A stretch of DNA of 64,000 nt from a virus. Its lineage: Duplodnaviria; Caudoviricetes. Position numbers and translations under genes: made by a program. Below the pieces are notes generated by a model, which was given only the letters and a program-made list of their open reading frames with translations, made no database searches and was not told the origin of the DNA. Below are positions 46,460-56,433 of this stretch, piece by piece. The stretch lies in IMG/VR virus record IMGVR_UViG_3300021964_009400; one strand, 5' to 3'. Within the stretch, counting starts at the first letter, position 1. The number at the start of each line of letters is the position of its first letter.

Positions 46460-46901
46460 AACATTATTTGACCATATAAAAGCAATTACCCAATTTCAAG
46501 ACCCAAACTATTGGGATAAACTTGAAGAGGCAGATAAAAAAACTTGGAGTAACTATATGATACACCGGTTTTTATCTATGAATTCAGATTGGATTGAAAC
46601 AATTTCTGAAATTCAACCATTTACGCAAACACTAGAACCTAAACAATTATATCAACTTTTAATTGGATTACTTCCAAAAGGAAGGCACTACTTAAGATAT
46701 ACAAAAGGAAAAAAAGAAACTAAATACGAAAGTTTTTTAGTAGAATTAATTCAACAAGATTTCCAATGTTCTTCTTCAGAGGCACTTGACTATTGTGAGA
46801 TTCTTTATGCAACACGAGAAGGAAGAGAAAATATTAAATATTTATGTGAGAAATATGGTGTTGATAAAAAAGAAATCACAAAGTTAAAATTAAAGGTATG
46901 A
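46452..46901 (+). CDS. Clamp loader small subunit (T4 gp62-like)
   Basis: LFDHIKAIT, WSNYMIHRFLSM, YLRYTK. Confidence 0.65.
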   Translation: MAKTLFDHIKAITQFQDPNYWDKLEEADKKTWSNYMIHRFLSMNSDWIETISEIQPFTQTLEPKQLYQLLIGLLPKGRHYLRYTKGKKETKYESFLVELIQQDFQCSSSEALDYCEILYATREGRENIKYLCEKYGVDKKEITKLKLKV

Positions 46902-48139
46902 GTTCTACTTATTGTAAATTACCCTTTTTACATCTTTACACTCAAGCAGATGGTGAATTAAAACCTTGTTGTATAGCAGGAGGATTTGATGAACCTATCA
47001 ATCTCAAAAAAATGAGTATTAAAGATGCTTTTAACTCACCTCAAATGAAAGAGTTGAGAAAAGATATGTTAGAGGGTAAAAGAAATAAGGTTTGTGATGT
47101 TTGTTATCAAAGAGAAGATAGTACAGGTCATTCCCCAAGAATTGATTTTAATAAAAACCCATTATGGATTCAACCAAAAGTTGAAGATGATTTTTCAGTC
47201 CCATCAGATTTTCAACACATTGATATAAGATTTTCAAATTTATGTAATTTTAAATGCAGAATGTGTAATCATGATTTTTCATCTAACTGGTATGATGATT
47301 TCAAAAAGTTAAAACCAAATGATGGTATTGAAAAAAAATCAAGAGTAATGAAAGTTACTGAAACTATTGTTGAAGATTTAATACCTCATTTAAATAAAAT
47401 TAAAAGTTTTTACTTTGCTGGTGGAGAGCCATTAATAATGCCAGAACATTATAAGATTTTAAGATATCTATATGATACAATGAAACCCTATCAGATGTTA
47501 ATTAATGGGGAACAAAAAAAAGTAAGAAATTTATCAATACATTACAATACTAATTTATCAGTTATAAAATATGATGAACAAAGTTTAATTGATTTATGGA
47601 AAGGATTTAGTAGAGTTTATTTATCTATATCTTGTGATGGTGTTGGAAAGGTAGGAGAATATCAAAGAACTGGTTTTAACACTAAAAGATTTGAAGATAA
47701 TTTAAAAATTATAAAAAAATATGCAGAACCAAAAGCTGTTTATGAAGGTGGTGTTGGTTTAATGTATGGATTTCAATACACAACTACTATAATGAATGTA
47801 TATCATATATTTGATTTTATAGATTATATGTTAGAAAAAAACCACATAACTTCACCAGAACAAATTGATTTCTATTATGCGTGGTCTCCACTTGAATTTT
47901 CACTATCTCAAATTTCTGATAAAGAAAAAGAAAAAATAACAACTTTTATAAATAAAAAGAAAGAAAATTATACTGAAAAAACTCAAAATGAACTAAATGG
48001 AATTATAGAGTTTATGAGTTCAAATATGATAATAAATGATAAAGAGATGAGTAAGTTGATGAGATATGATTATATAAAAGGAATTGAAGAATTACATGGT
48101 GGAGATTTTAAAGATATTTCACCAGTAAAAATAAGTTGA
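46898..48139 (+). CDS. Radical SAM protein with N-terminal SPASM/twitch-like Cys motif
   Basis: CKLPF..KPCC..CDVC; NLCNFKCRMC (CxxxCxxC); FAGGEPL; HYNTN. Confidence 0.88.
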   Translation: MSSTYCKLPFLHLYTQADGELKPCCIAGGFDEPINLKKMSIKDAFNSPQMKELRKDMLEGKRNKVCDVCYQREDSTGHSPRIDFNKNPLWIQPKVEDDFSVPSDFQHIDIRFSNLCNFKCRMCNHDFSSNWYDDFKKLKPNDGIEKKSRVMKVTETIVEDLIPHLNKIKSFYFAGGEPLIMPEHYKILRYLYDTMKPYQMLINGEQKKVRNLSIHYNTNLSVIKYDEQSLIDLWKGFSRVYLSISCDGVGKVGEYQRTGFNTKRFEDNLKIIKKYAEPKAVYEGGVGLMYGFQYTTTIMNVYHIFDFIDYMLEKNHITSPEQIDFYYAWSPLEFSLSQISDKEKEKITTFINKKKENYTEKTQNELNGIIEFMSSNMIINDKEMSKLMRYDYIKGIEELHGGDFKDISPVKIS

Positions 48140-48145
48140 TAAATA

Positions 48146-48177
48146 TTTGGATTTCTCATTTATTTTTCGTATATTTA
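48146..48177 (+). promoter_or_regulatory. Bacteroidota-type promoter
   Basis: TTTG-N20-TATATTTA. Confidence 0.75.
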
Positions 48178-48196
48178 CATAGTAAATAAAAGTATT

Positions 48197-49057
48197 ATGG
48201 CAAGAGTAAGTTATTCTCAATATGGTATGTATTCAACCTGTCAAGAACAATATAAGTTAAATTATATTGATAAGTTAGGAACATCCTCAGCAAACATCCA
48301 CACAATTTTTGGTTCAGCAATGCACGAAACAATACAACACTTCTTAGATGTGATGTACAATGTTTCTAAGAAACAGGCACTTACTCTCAATTTAGAGGGA
48401 ATGTTATATAATCAATTAGTAGAACATTTTACTAAAGAAAAAGATAAATTAGAAGAAGGTAAGTTTCCTTGTACTAACGAAGAATTAAATGAATTTTTTG
48501 ATGATGGTAAAAAAATATTATCATATTTTATCAAAAAATTAGATAAGTTATATACTAAAAGTGGATATGAACTCGTAGCAATAGAACAGAGATTGAACGC
48601 TGAAATTAAACCAGGTGTTCATTTCATCGGTTTTATCGATGTACTTCTAAAAGATAAAACTACTCAAGAATATATTATCATTGACCTTAAAACATCAACA
48701 AGAGGTTGGAGTAAGTATCAAAAGAATGATAAAGTAAAAACTTCTCAAATGTTATTGTACAAAAAATTCTATTCAGATAAATACGATATACCTTTGAATA
48801 AAATTAAAGTAGAATATCAAATATTGAAAAGAAAGATAAGTGAAGATTTTGAATATCCAATTCCAAGAATATCAAAGTTTGTTCCAGCTAATGGTAAACC
48901 TTCAATGAATATGGCTTGGAAAGGATTTATTAATTTTGTTGATTCTGTGTTTGGTGAGGATGGTGTTGTTATACAAAAATCATTTCCTTATAATAAAGGA
49001 AATCATTGTAAGTGGTGTGAATTTAAAGAAAGAGGTTTATGTTCTGCATGGAATTAA
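48197..49057 (+). CDS. PD-(D/E)XK exonuclease (RecB/Cas4-like, Fe-S cysteines)
   Basis: FGSAMH, GFIDVL, IIDLKTS, QMLLYK, CKWCEF...C. Confidence 0.85.
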   Translation: MARVSYSQYGMYSTCQEQYKLNYIDKLGTSSANIHTIFGSAMHETIQHFLDVMYNVSKKQALTLNLEGMLYNQLVEHFTKEKDKLEEGKFPCTNEELNEFFDDGKKILSYFIKKLDKLYTKSGYELVAIEQRLNAEIKPGVHFIGFIDVLLKDKTTQEYIIIDLKTSTRGWSKYQKNDKVKTSQMLLYKKFYSDKYDIPLNKIKVEYQILKRKISEDFEYPIPRISKFVPANGKPSMNMAWKGFINFVDSVFGEDGVVIQKSFPYNKGNHCKWCEFKERGLCSAWN

Positions 49058-49086
49058 TATTTTTTGTAGTTTTTATAAATTTATAT

Positions 49087-49095
49087 ATATTTATA
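49087..49095 (+). promoter_or_regulatory. Putative phage promoter motif heading the glycosylation island
   Basis: ATATTTATA. Confidence 0.45.
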
Positions 49096-49118
49096 TAAAA
49101 TAACAAACAACAAAAGTT

Positions 49119-49313
49119 ATGGTAGATACAAAACTAACAACCGTAAAGATAATTAAAGATATTTATGCTAAATTTAAAAGATTATCTTTCGATTCAAACA
49201 TCACACTTCAAAAATTAGTCAACAGGTCAGTTGATAAATATAATGAAGATGATGCATTTAGAACTGAAATAAACAGTTATGCAAATTTAGAAACGAGTGG
49301 CTCGCAATTTTAA
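49119..49313 (+). CDS. Small hypothetical protein (possible ribbon-helix-helix)
   Basis: TTVKIIKDIYAKFK...LQKLVNRSVDKY. Confidence 0.55.
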   Translation: MVDTKLTTVKIIKDIYAKFKRLSFDSNITLQKLVNRSVDKYNEDDAFRTEINSYANLETSGSQF

Positions 49314-49316
49314 AAA

Positions 49317-49454
49317 ATGAAACAACAAGATAACGGTAATCCACAACTTAACCAAACTCGTAATGAATTCAACGATAGAGTTGAAACTAAAAAGTATTTA
49401 GGACAAACTATGAGAGTTAAGTTAAACAATTACAGAAGATTTAGAACAATTTAA
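49317..49454 (+). CDS. Small hypothetical protein (45 aa, not in ORF track)
   Basis: MKQQDNGNPQLNQTRNEFNDRVETKKYLGQTMRVKLNNYRRFRTI fills the gap. Confidence 0.45.
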   Translation: MKQQDNGNPQLNQTRNEFNDRVETKKYLGQTMRVKLNNYRRFRTI

Positions 49455-49464
49455 ATAAAGGTTA

Positions 49465-50880
49465 ATGGCAAAAGACAAAAAGAAGAAGATTCTTCTATTA
49501 TCAGATGATTTGAGAATGTCATCAGGTATCGCAACTGTATCCAAGGAAATAGTAATGGGTACATTAGATAAATTTCATTGGATTCAATTAGGAGCAGCAG
49601 TAAATCATCCAGAAAAAGGAAAAGAAATTGATTTAGGTAATGATGTTCGTAAACAAAGTGGTATCAAAGATGCTTCACTTAAAATAATTCCTTGGAGTGG
49701 ATATGGAGATGCTAATATCTTAAGAGAGTTGATAATGAGACATCAACCAGACGCAATCCTACACTTTACAGACCCAAGATATTGGAGATGGTTATATGAA
49801 ATTGAATCTGAAATAAGACAAAATATTCCAATTTTATTTTACCACATTTGGGATGATTTACCAGACCCAAAATATAACAGAGATTACTACGAAAGTTGTG
49901 ATTGGTTAGGATGTATTTCAAGACAAACTTATGGTATCGTAAGTAGAGTTGGTAAATTAGATTCAGAAACAATCAAACCTTTAGAAGATTGGCAAGTAGA
50001 TTATGTACCACATGGTATTAATTCAGAAACTTATAAGCCAGTAGAAGTACCTAAAGATTTTTATAATAAGGTTGTTGATGGTAAAGAATATAAATTTATT
50101 CTCTTTTGGATGAATAGAAATATTAAAAGAAAACAACCATCGGATGTTATATGGGCGTTCAAAAGATTTGTAGATGGATTATCAGAAGAAGATAAAGATA
50201 AAGTATGTTTGATAATGCATACTGCACCAAAAGACCAAAATGGTACAAATTTATTTGAAGTTGCAGATACTATTGCACCTGGTTTAGATATAAAATTTTC
50301 AACAGATAGAATCTCACAAAAAGAATTAAATTACATTTATAATATTGCAGACTGTACAATCAATATTGCTGGTAACGAAGGATTTGGATTAGTAACTGCT
50401 GAATCAGTAATGGCAGGAACTCCTATCATCGTAAATGTGACTGGTGGATTACAAGACCAATGTGGATTCAAATGGAATATTGCTCCCAAAGGTATGAATG
50501 AACAATGGGAATATCTAACAGCTGATGATTATGTAGATATTGGTTCACTTCATGATTACAGAGAATGGGAAGATAAAGTAACTCATGGTGAGTGGGTAAA
50601 ACCTGTATGGCCAAGAGTTCAAACTATGGTTGGTTCACTTCCAACTCCTTATATTATTGATGATAAAGTAGATGTTTATGAAGTAGCAGATGCAATTAGA
50701 TATTGGTATGATAAAACACCAGAACAAAGAAAAAAAGCAGGATTAAAAGGTAGAGAAGAATTCTTAGGTAAAATGGGATTAAATGTAGATAATCAAAACA
50801 AATGTATGGCAGATGGAATTGAGAAGGCAATTAAAAATTGGAAACCAAAAGAAAAGTTTAATGTTTACAAACTTGCATAA
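49465..50880 (+). CDS. Glycosyltransferase family 4 (GT-B)
   Basis: ILLLSDD..SSG, PHGIN, EGFGL..ESVMAGTP. Confidence 0.88.
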   Translation: MAKDKKKKILLLSDDLRMSSGIATVSKEIVMGTLDKFHWIQLGAAVNHPEKGKEIDLGNDVRKQSGIKDASLKIIPWSGYGDANILRELIMRHQPDAILHFTDPRYWRWLYEIESEIRQNIPILFYHIWDDLPDPKYNRDYYESCDWLGCISRQTYGIVSRVGKLDSETIKPLEDWQVDYVPHGINSETYKPVEVPKDFYNKVVDGKEYKFILFWMNRNIKRKQPSDVIWAFKRFVDGLSEEDKDKVCLIMHTAPKDQNGTNLFEVADTIAPGLDIKFSTDRISQKELNYIYNIADCTINIAGNEGFGLVTAESVMAGTPIIVNVTGGLQDQCGFKWNIAPKGMNEQWEYLTADDYVDIGSLHDYREWEDKVTHGEWVKPVWPRVQTMVGSLPTPYIIDDKVDVYEVADAIRYWYDKTPEQRKKAGLKGREEFLGKMGLNVDNQNKCMADGIEKAIKNWKPKEKFNVYKLA

Positions 50881-51158
50881 TGAGTAAACCAATCTTTATA
50901 GTTAGATTTCCTGGTTATTGGAGAAGTAATCAAGTAAATGAATCTCGTAAAGCAATTCATAATATGAAAGAACTTAACGAAGATTATCATATTTTAACTT
51001 TACAAGATAATGAAATTGAAACTACAAGATTTGAATGTTATAACTCACCACATGATAAAGAAACATTAGAAGAAATTACACAATTAACAAAACTTTCTAT
51101 ACAGAGATGTTTAAGAAACGAAGAAGAAAATAGATTAAAAGAATTAGAAGATGAATAA
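50880..51158 (+). CDS. Hypothetical protein
   Basis: 92 aa; overlapping start/stop on both sides. Confidence 0.6.
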   Translation: MSKPIFIVRFPGYWRSNQVNESRKAIHNMKELNEDYHILTLQDNEIETTRFECYNSPHDKETLEEITQLTKLSIQRCLRNEEENRLKELEDE

Positions 51159-52410
51159 ACCATTATTAGTATTTCAGGCACCAGTAGCAACAAGAAGTGG
51201 TTATGGTGACCATTCAAGAGATATCTTGAAATCATTATTTGAATTAGATAGATATGATATAAAAGTAGTACCAACAAGATGGGGTAATACACCACAAGAC
51301 CAACTTGACCCAACAAACGAATTTCATCAGAAAATATTACAAAACATTGCAACACAAGTTGATAAACAACCTGATATTTTTATACAAGTATCTGTTGCTA
51401 ATGAATTTAAAAAAGTTGGTAAATATAATATTGGAATAACTGCTGGTGTTGAAACAACATTAGCACCACAAAATTTTATAGATGGTTCAAATCAAATGGA
51501 TTTAATTATAACTCCATCAAAGTTTACTAAAGAAGTTTTACAAAGAACTATCTATACTCAAATGGATAAAAGAACCAATCAAAAGGTTGGTGAAATAAAA
51601 TTACAAAAACCTGTTGAAGTTTTATTTGAAGGTATAGATACAAATGTATTTAATGGTAAAGTAGAAAAATCAATTTTAGATTCTGTGGATTCTGATTTTA
51701 ACTTTTTGTATGTAGGACATTGGTTACAAGGAAATATAGGACATGATAGAAAAGATACAGGCATGACCATTAAAACATTCTGTACAGTTTTCAAAAACTT
51801 ACCAAAGAATAAACAACCAGGTCTTATATTAAAAACATCATCAGCTGGGTTTTCAGTAATGGATAGAGAACTTATAACAAAAAAGATAAAAGAAATTACT
51901 AAACCATTTGGAGATAAATGTCCTCCTATTCATTTAGTATTTGGTGATTTATCAGAATCAGAGTTAAACTCACTTTACAATGATAAAAAAGTAAAGGCAA
52001 TGTTAATGTTTACCAAAGGAGAAGGATATGGTAGACCACTTGCAGAATTTGCATCAACTGGTAAACCAATCATTGTTTCAAATTGGAGCGGACATAAAGA
52101 TTTCTTGCCAGAGGAAAATACAGTTTTTTTAGATGGTGAGTTAAAAAATGTACATGAAACCGCAGTAAATAATTTTTTACTTAAAGAGGCAAAATGGTTT
52201 TATGTAAATTATTCAACTGCAGCACAGAAGATTTTTGATGTTTATAAAAACTATGAAAAACATCTAAAAAAATCGCAAGGATTAAAAACTAATATTAATA
52301 CTAATTTTTCATTAAGTAAAATGACAGAAAAACTTAAAAGTATTATTGACCAATATGTAAAGATACAAAAGCATATTGAACTAAAATTACCAGAAATTAA
52401 AAAATTGTAA
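51151..52410 (+). CDS. Glycosyltransferase family 4 (GT-B)
   Basis: SGYG.HSR, RKDTG, GEGYGRPLAEF. Confidence 0.85.
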   Translation: MNKPLLVFQAPVATRSGYGDHSRDILKSLFELDRYDIKVVPTRWGNTPQDQLDPTNEFHQKILQNIATQVDKQPDIFIQVSVANEFKKVGKYNIGITAGVETTLAPQNFIDGSNQMDLIITPSKFTKEVLQRTIYTQMDKRTNQKVGEIKLQKPVEVLFEGIDTNVFNGKVEKSILDSVDSDFNFLYVGHWLQGNIGHDRKDTGMTIKTFCTVFKNLPKNKQPGLILKTSSAGFSVMDRELITKKIKEITKPFGDKCPPIHLVFGDLSESELNSLYNDKKVKAMLMFTKGEGYGRPLAEFASTGKPIIVSNWSGHKDFLPEENTVFLDGELKNVHETAVNNFLLKEAKWFYVNYSTAAQKIFDVYKNYEKHLKKSQGLKTNINTNFSLSKMTEKLKSIIDQYVKIQKHIELKLPEIKKL

Positions 52411-52961
52411 TGAGTATATTTACCCAACAATATCAAAAGTTTTTAAAACCAGAAAAACGAATAGCTCGTTCTTTAATTAGACCTAGAAACATTTATCGTA
52501 TTATTACATATAAGGGTGGAAACCCAATAACTAAAACAGGTCAAGAATCAAGATATGTTTTTGTAATTGGTGTTGTTAACGAAAAAATACATTGTATAAA
52601 ACTAAATCCAGTAAGACCTTTATTTTTTATAGAACTCATAAAAAAATTAAGGGATAAAAGAGTTACACCAAATTCTCAATTAAGATTAGAATATATGTTG
52701 AAAAAATTTGCAAGAGATGGTAGTGCTTTATTTGATGGTTATATAAAAACTAATAAAAAACTGTATAATACTGATTTAAAAAATTATAGAACTTATATTC
52801 TAGATAAAATTGTAAATGTTTATGAAATTAGGTTTGAACAAGATATATTAGATAATTTATTTGGTACAATAAATACACAATCTGAGGTTAGAGAAATACT
52901 AAGAGATGAAAATACAGAGATTGATGATATAAATAACCAAAGTTTAAATACTGAACAATGA
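52410..52961 (+). CDS. Hypothetical protein
   Basis: 183 aa basic ORF. Confidence 0.65.
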   Translation: MSIFTQQYQKFLKPEKRIARSLIRPRNIYRIITYKGGNPITKTGQESRYVFVIGVVNEKIHCIKLNPVRPLFFIELIKKLRDKRVTPNSQLRLEYMLKKFARDGSALFDGYIKTNKKLYNTDLKNYRTYILDKIVNVYEIRFEQDILDNLFGTINTQSEVREILRDENTEIDDINNQSLNTEQ

Positions 52962-53581
52962 CAATAAGTTATGCAATTACAGTTTGTAATGAGTTAGAAG
53001 AAATAACAAAACTTTTAAACTTTTTACAAACAAATATTAGAAAAGAAGATGAAATAGTAATTCAATATGATGAAACATCTGTTACAGATGGAGTTATGGA
53101 TTACTTAAAATTAATGGATTCAATGCACGATAATCATAAAGTTATTGGATTTCCATTAAACAAAGATTTTGCATCATTTAAAAATAATCTTAAATCTCAT
53201 TGTACAAAAGATTATATTTTTCAAGTAGATGCAGATGAAATTCCACACGAATTTTTGGTAGAATATTTAGGACAAGTTTTAAAAGATAATCCAGTCGATA
53301 TTGTATTTGTACCAAGAATAAATACAGTTGAAGGTTTAACACAATCTCATATAGATAAATGGAAGTGGAAAGTAAATGAAAATGGTTGGGTAAACTTTCC
53401 TGATTACCAAACACGAATTTACAAAAACACACCAGATGTAACTTGGATGAATAAAGTACACGAAAGAATAACTGGTTACGATACATTTTCAAACTTTCCT
53501 GCAGAGGAACAATGGAGTTTATATCATCACAAACAAATAGATAGACAAGAAAAACAAAACGAATTTTACGAAACAATTTAA
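52958..53581 (+). CDS. Glycosyltransferase family 2
   Basis: SYAITVCNE, YIFQVDADE, PDYQTRI, VHE. Confidence 0.85.
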   Translation: MTISYAITVCNELEEITKLLNFLQTNIRKEDEIVIQYDETSVTDGVMDYLKLMDSMHDNHKVIGFPLNKDFASFKNNLKSHCTKDYIFQVDADEIPHEFLVEYLGQVLKDNPVDIVFVPRINTVEGLTQSHIDKWKWKVNENGWVNFPDYQTRIYKNTPDVTWMNKVHERITGYDTFSNFPAEEQWSLYHHKQIDRQEKQNEFYETI

Positions 53582-53583
53582 TT

Positions 53584-53883
53584 ATGGAAGGACAATTTAA
53601 ACCATTAGGTGATAGAGTTTTAATAAAACCTAATAAAATAGAAAAAATAACAAAGGGTGGAATTATTATCGCAGATTCAATACAGGTTAATCAAAAAGTA
53701 TATGGAGAAGTTATATCAATAGGTACTGGTATATTTTCTCAAAGTGGAGAAAGAATTCCAATGACTGTAAAAGTTGGAGATACTGTGATGTATGAAAAAG
53801 GACATGCAGTTAATAAAATTGAAATGGGAGACGAAGAATATATTTTATTTAACGAACATCAACTAATAGGAATAGTAAAATGA
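53584..53883 (+). CDS. groES: Co-chaperonin GroES
   Basis: KPLGDRVLI..TKGGII..GEVISIG..VKVGDTV. Confidence 0.92.
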   Translation: MEGQFKPLGDRVLIKPNKIEKITKGGIIIADSIQVNQKVYGEVISIGTGIFSQSGERIPMTVKVGDTVMYEKGHAVNKIEMGDEEYILFNEHQLIGIVK

Positions 53884-54734
53884 AAAAGATATTAGTAACT
53901 GGAGGAGCTGGTTTTATAGGAACTAATCTCATAAAAAGATTATTATCAGAAGGACATCGTGTTGTTTCTATTGATAATTATGAAACAGGTACAAAAGCTA
54001 ATCATGTTGAAGGATTTGTTAAATATATAAATGCAGATATAGAAACTATTGAGTATCTTGCAGGTGATTATGATTTGGTATATCATTTAGCTGCATTAAG
54101 TAGAATCCAACCTTCATTTGAAAATCCAACAGAAACATTTAGAGTTAATACAAGAGGAACTGAAGCAGTATGTGAATGGGCAAAATCAAAAGGAATTAAA
54201 GTAGTTTATGCAGGTTCATCTTCAAAACATCATGACCCTTCACAATCTCCATATGCTATGTACAAATATCTAGGAGAAGAAGTTTGTAAGTTATACAAAA
54301 AAACTTATGGGTTAGATGTAGAGATTTGTAGATTTTATAATGTGTATGGACCAAATGAAGTTATAGAAGGAGATTGGGCTGCAGTAATTGGTATATGGAG
54401 GAGACAAGTTAGAGATGGTGAAAACATTACAATCATTGGCGATGGAGAACAGAGAAGAGATTTTACTCATGTTGTAGATATAGTTGATGGATTATATAAA
54501 GTAGGTATAGGTAATGAAAAACACGAAGATGCGTGGGAACTTGGTTGTGGTGTAAACTATTCAATCAATGAAATGTTTGGAATGTTCAAACAAAGATTTC
54601 CACAGATAGAACCACTTTACTTACCAGACCAACCAGGTAATTATAGAAAAACTTTAAGAGAAAATAACGATACATTAGAAAGATTGGGGTGGGAACCAAA
54701 AAATAGATTAAACGATTATATTCAATCACTATGA
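53880..54734 (+). CDS. NAD-dependent nucleotide-sugar epimerase/dehydratase
   Basis: TGGAGFIG, HLAA, YAMYK (YxxxK), FYNVYGP, RDFTHV. Confidence 0.92.
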   Translation: MKKILVTGGAGFIGTNLIKRLLSEGHRVVSIDNYETGTKANHVEGFVKYINADIETIEYLAGDYDLVYHLAALSRIQPSFENPTETFRVNTRGTEAVCEWAKSKGIKVVYAGSSSKHHDPSQSPYAMYKYLGEEVCKLYKKTYGLDVEICRFYNVYGPNEVIEGDWAAVIGIWRRQVRDGENITIIGDGEQRRDFTHVVDIVDGLYKVGIGNEKHEDAWELGCGVNYSINEMFGMFKQRFPQIEPLYLPDQPGNYRKTLRENNDTLERLGWEPKNRLNDYIQSL

Positions 54735-55549
54735 TAGGAATCATTGGTCAAGGATTCGTTGGTAATGCAGTTTACCAAAAATTTAAAAAATACTATAATG
54801 TTTTAACTTATGATATTATATCTGAAAAAGGTAATAGTACATTTGATAAGTTAGAAAGAAGTTGTAGAACTATATTTATTTGTTTACCAACACCAATGAA
54901 TTCAGATGGTAGTTGTAATGTATCTATAATTGAAGAAGTTTTAAAAAAATTAAACTACAAAGGATTTCATGAAGTGGTTATTAAATCTACAATACCACCA
55001 GGTACAACTACAAAGTGGAATGAAAAGTATAGTGATTTACAAATAGTTTTTAATCCTGAATTTTTAACTGAAAGAAATGCAGTTAAAGATTATGAAAATG
55101 AAAATAGAATTATTTTAGGTGGACCAAGACCAGCAACTACAAAGTTAAAAAGATTATTTTCAAAAGTATTTCCATCAGCACATATAATCAAAACTGATTC
55201 AACTCATGCTGAAATGGTAAAATATTTAACTAATACATTCTTATCAACTAAAGTATCTTTTGCAAATGAAATATATCAGATATGTGAAAAACTTGATGTA
55301 GATTACGATAAAGTAATTGAATATGCAACACAAGATGATAGATTAGGAAAATCTCATTGGAATGTACCAGGTCACGATGGGGATTTTGGTTTTGGAGGAC
55401 ATTGTTTTCCTAAAGATTTAGCAGCTATTTTATATCTTACAGATAAGTTAGGTACTGTCAACAATGTATTACGGTCAACTCAGAAAACCAACGATACAGT
55501 TAGAAAGAATAGAGATTGGGAACAAATGAAAGGAAGAGCAGTATTATGA
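54731..55549 (+). CDS. UDP-glucose/GDP-mannose dehydrogenase family (lacks C-terminal domain)
   Basis: GQGFVG, KSTIPPG, NPEFL, EMVKY..N, GGHCFPKD. Confidence 0.88.
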   Translation: MIGIIGQGFVGNAVYQKFKKYYNVLTYDIISEKGNSTFDKLERSCRTIFICLPTPMNSDGSCNVSIIEEVLKKLNYKGFHEVVIKSTIPPGTTTKWNEKYSDLQIVFNPEFLTERNAVKDYENENRIILGGPRPATTKLKRLFSKVFPSAHIIKTDSTHAEMVKYLTNTFLSTKVSFANEIYQICEKLDVDYDKVIEYATQDDRLGKSHWNVPGHDGDFGFGGHCFPKDLAAILYLTDKLGTVNNVLRSTQKTNDTVRKNRDWEQMKGRAVL

Positions 55550-56433
55550 AGATAACATTTATATATGCATATGAAAACGAAGAATGGTCAACACCACTTG
55601 CACTTGCTACTGAATTTGGTTCTTTAGGTTGGGAAGTTGAAATAGTTTCGATAGGCTCCAATAGATTGCAGAATTGGAATGATACTCAAATAAAAAAGTG
55701 GTTAGATGATAAACCAAAAACAGATATTGTTTTGTTTATGGATTGGGGTAGATTTGATTCACCTCTTTTAGATAAAAATTTAGTAGATGCTTTTTGGGTA
55801 CAAGAAAGTGGAGATGACCCACAAAACTTTGATAGAAACTTCCCTAAATCAGAAAGATTTCATATAACGCTTTCACCTGATGCTGAATCAACAGAAAAAT
55901 ATAAAAAAAGAAATCAAGATGCATATTGGTGGACACACTTTGCAGATACGCGAGTTCAGTTTCCAACCTTATCAGAACCAGAATTTGTTGCAGTAACATC
56001 ACGAGGTAAAGGAGGTTCTGTATTTTTAGACCAACTTACATATCACTCAAACGGTGCAGTTGGAAATCAAAATGGTTTTGATTCAAAACAACATACTGAA
56101 TTTCTTAACAAAGGATTGATGGTTATTCAGAATTCAAGATGGGGTGAGGTAACTCGTAGAATTTTTGAAGGTATGGCTTGTGGTAAAATGGTTCTATGTG
56201 ATAGATTGCATGAAAACAAAAAATTACACGAATTATTTATTGATGGAGAAGATATAGTTTATTATGATGATATTATAGATTGTATCCATAAGATGAATAA
56301 ATACAGAGAGGATGATACAGAACGAGAAAGAATAGCCAATAATGGTTTTAAAAAGGTTTTAGAAAACCATACTCAGAAACAAAGAGTAGAATTTTTAATA
56401 GAAAAATATAACGAATGGAAAAACTCCCAATAA
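55546..56433 (+). CDS. CgeB-like glycosyltransferase
   Basis: RRIFEGMACG; start 55546 (ATGA overlap). Confidence 0.75.
   Translation: MKITFIYAYENEEWSTPLALATEFGSLGWEVEIVSIGSNRLQNWNDTQIKKWLDDKPKTDIVLFMDWGRFDSPLLDKNLVDAFWVQESGDDPQNFDRNFPKSERFHITLSPDAESTEKYKKRNQDAYWWTHFADTRVQFPTLSEPEFVAVTSRGKGGSVFLDQLTYHSNGAVGNQNGFDSKQHTEFLNKGLMVIQNSRWGEVTRRIFEGMACGKMVLCDRLHENKKLHELFIDGEDIVYYDDIIDCIHKMNKYREDDTERERIANNGFKKVLENHTQKQRVEFLIEKYNEWKNSQ

Noticed and set aside
48197-49057. Cas4-like nuclease as part of a CRISPR-Cas system
   Set aside because: No array or other cas genes in the window; stand-alone PD-(D/E)XK exonucleases are routine in phage replication regions.
53584-53883. GroES without GroEL as a novelty
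   Set aside because: Stand-alone co-chaperonins are well known in large phages (T4 gp31 precedent), and GroEL could lie outside the window.
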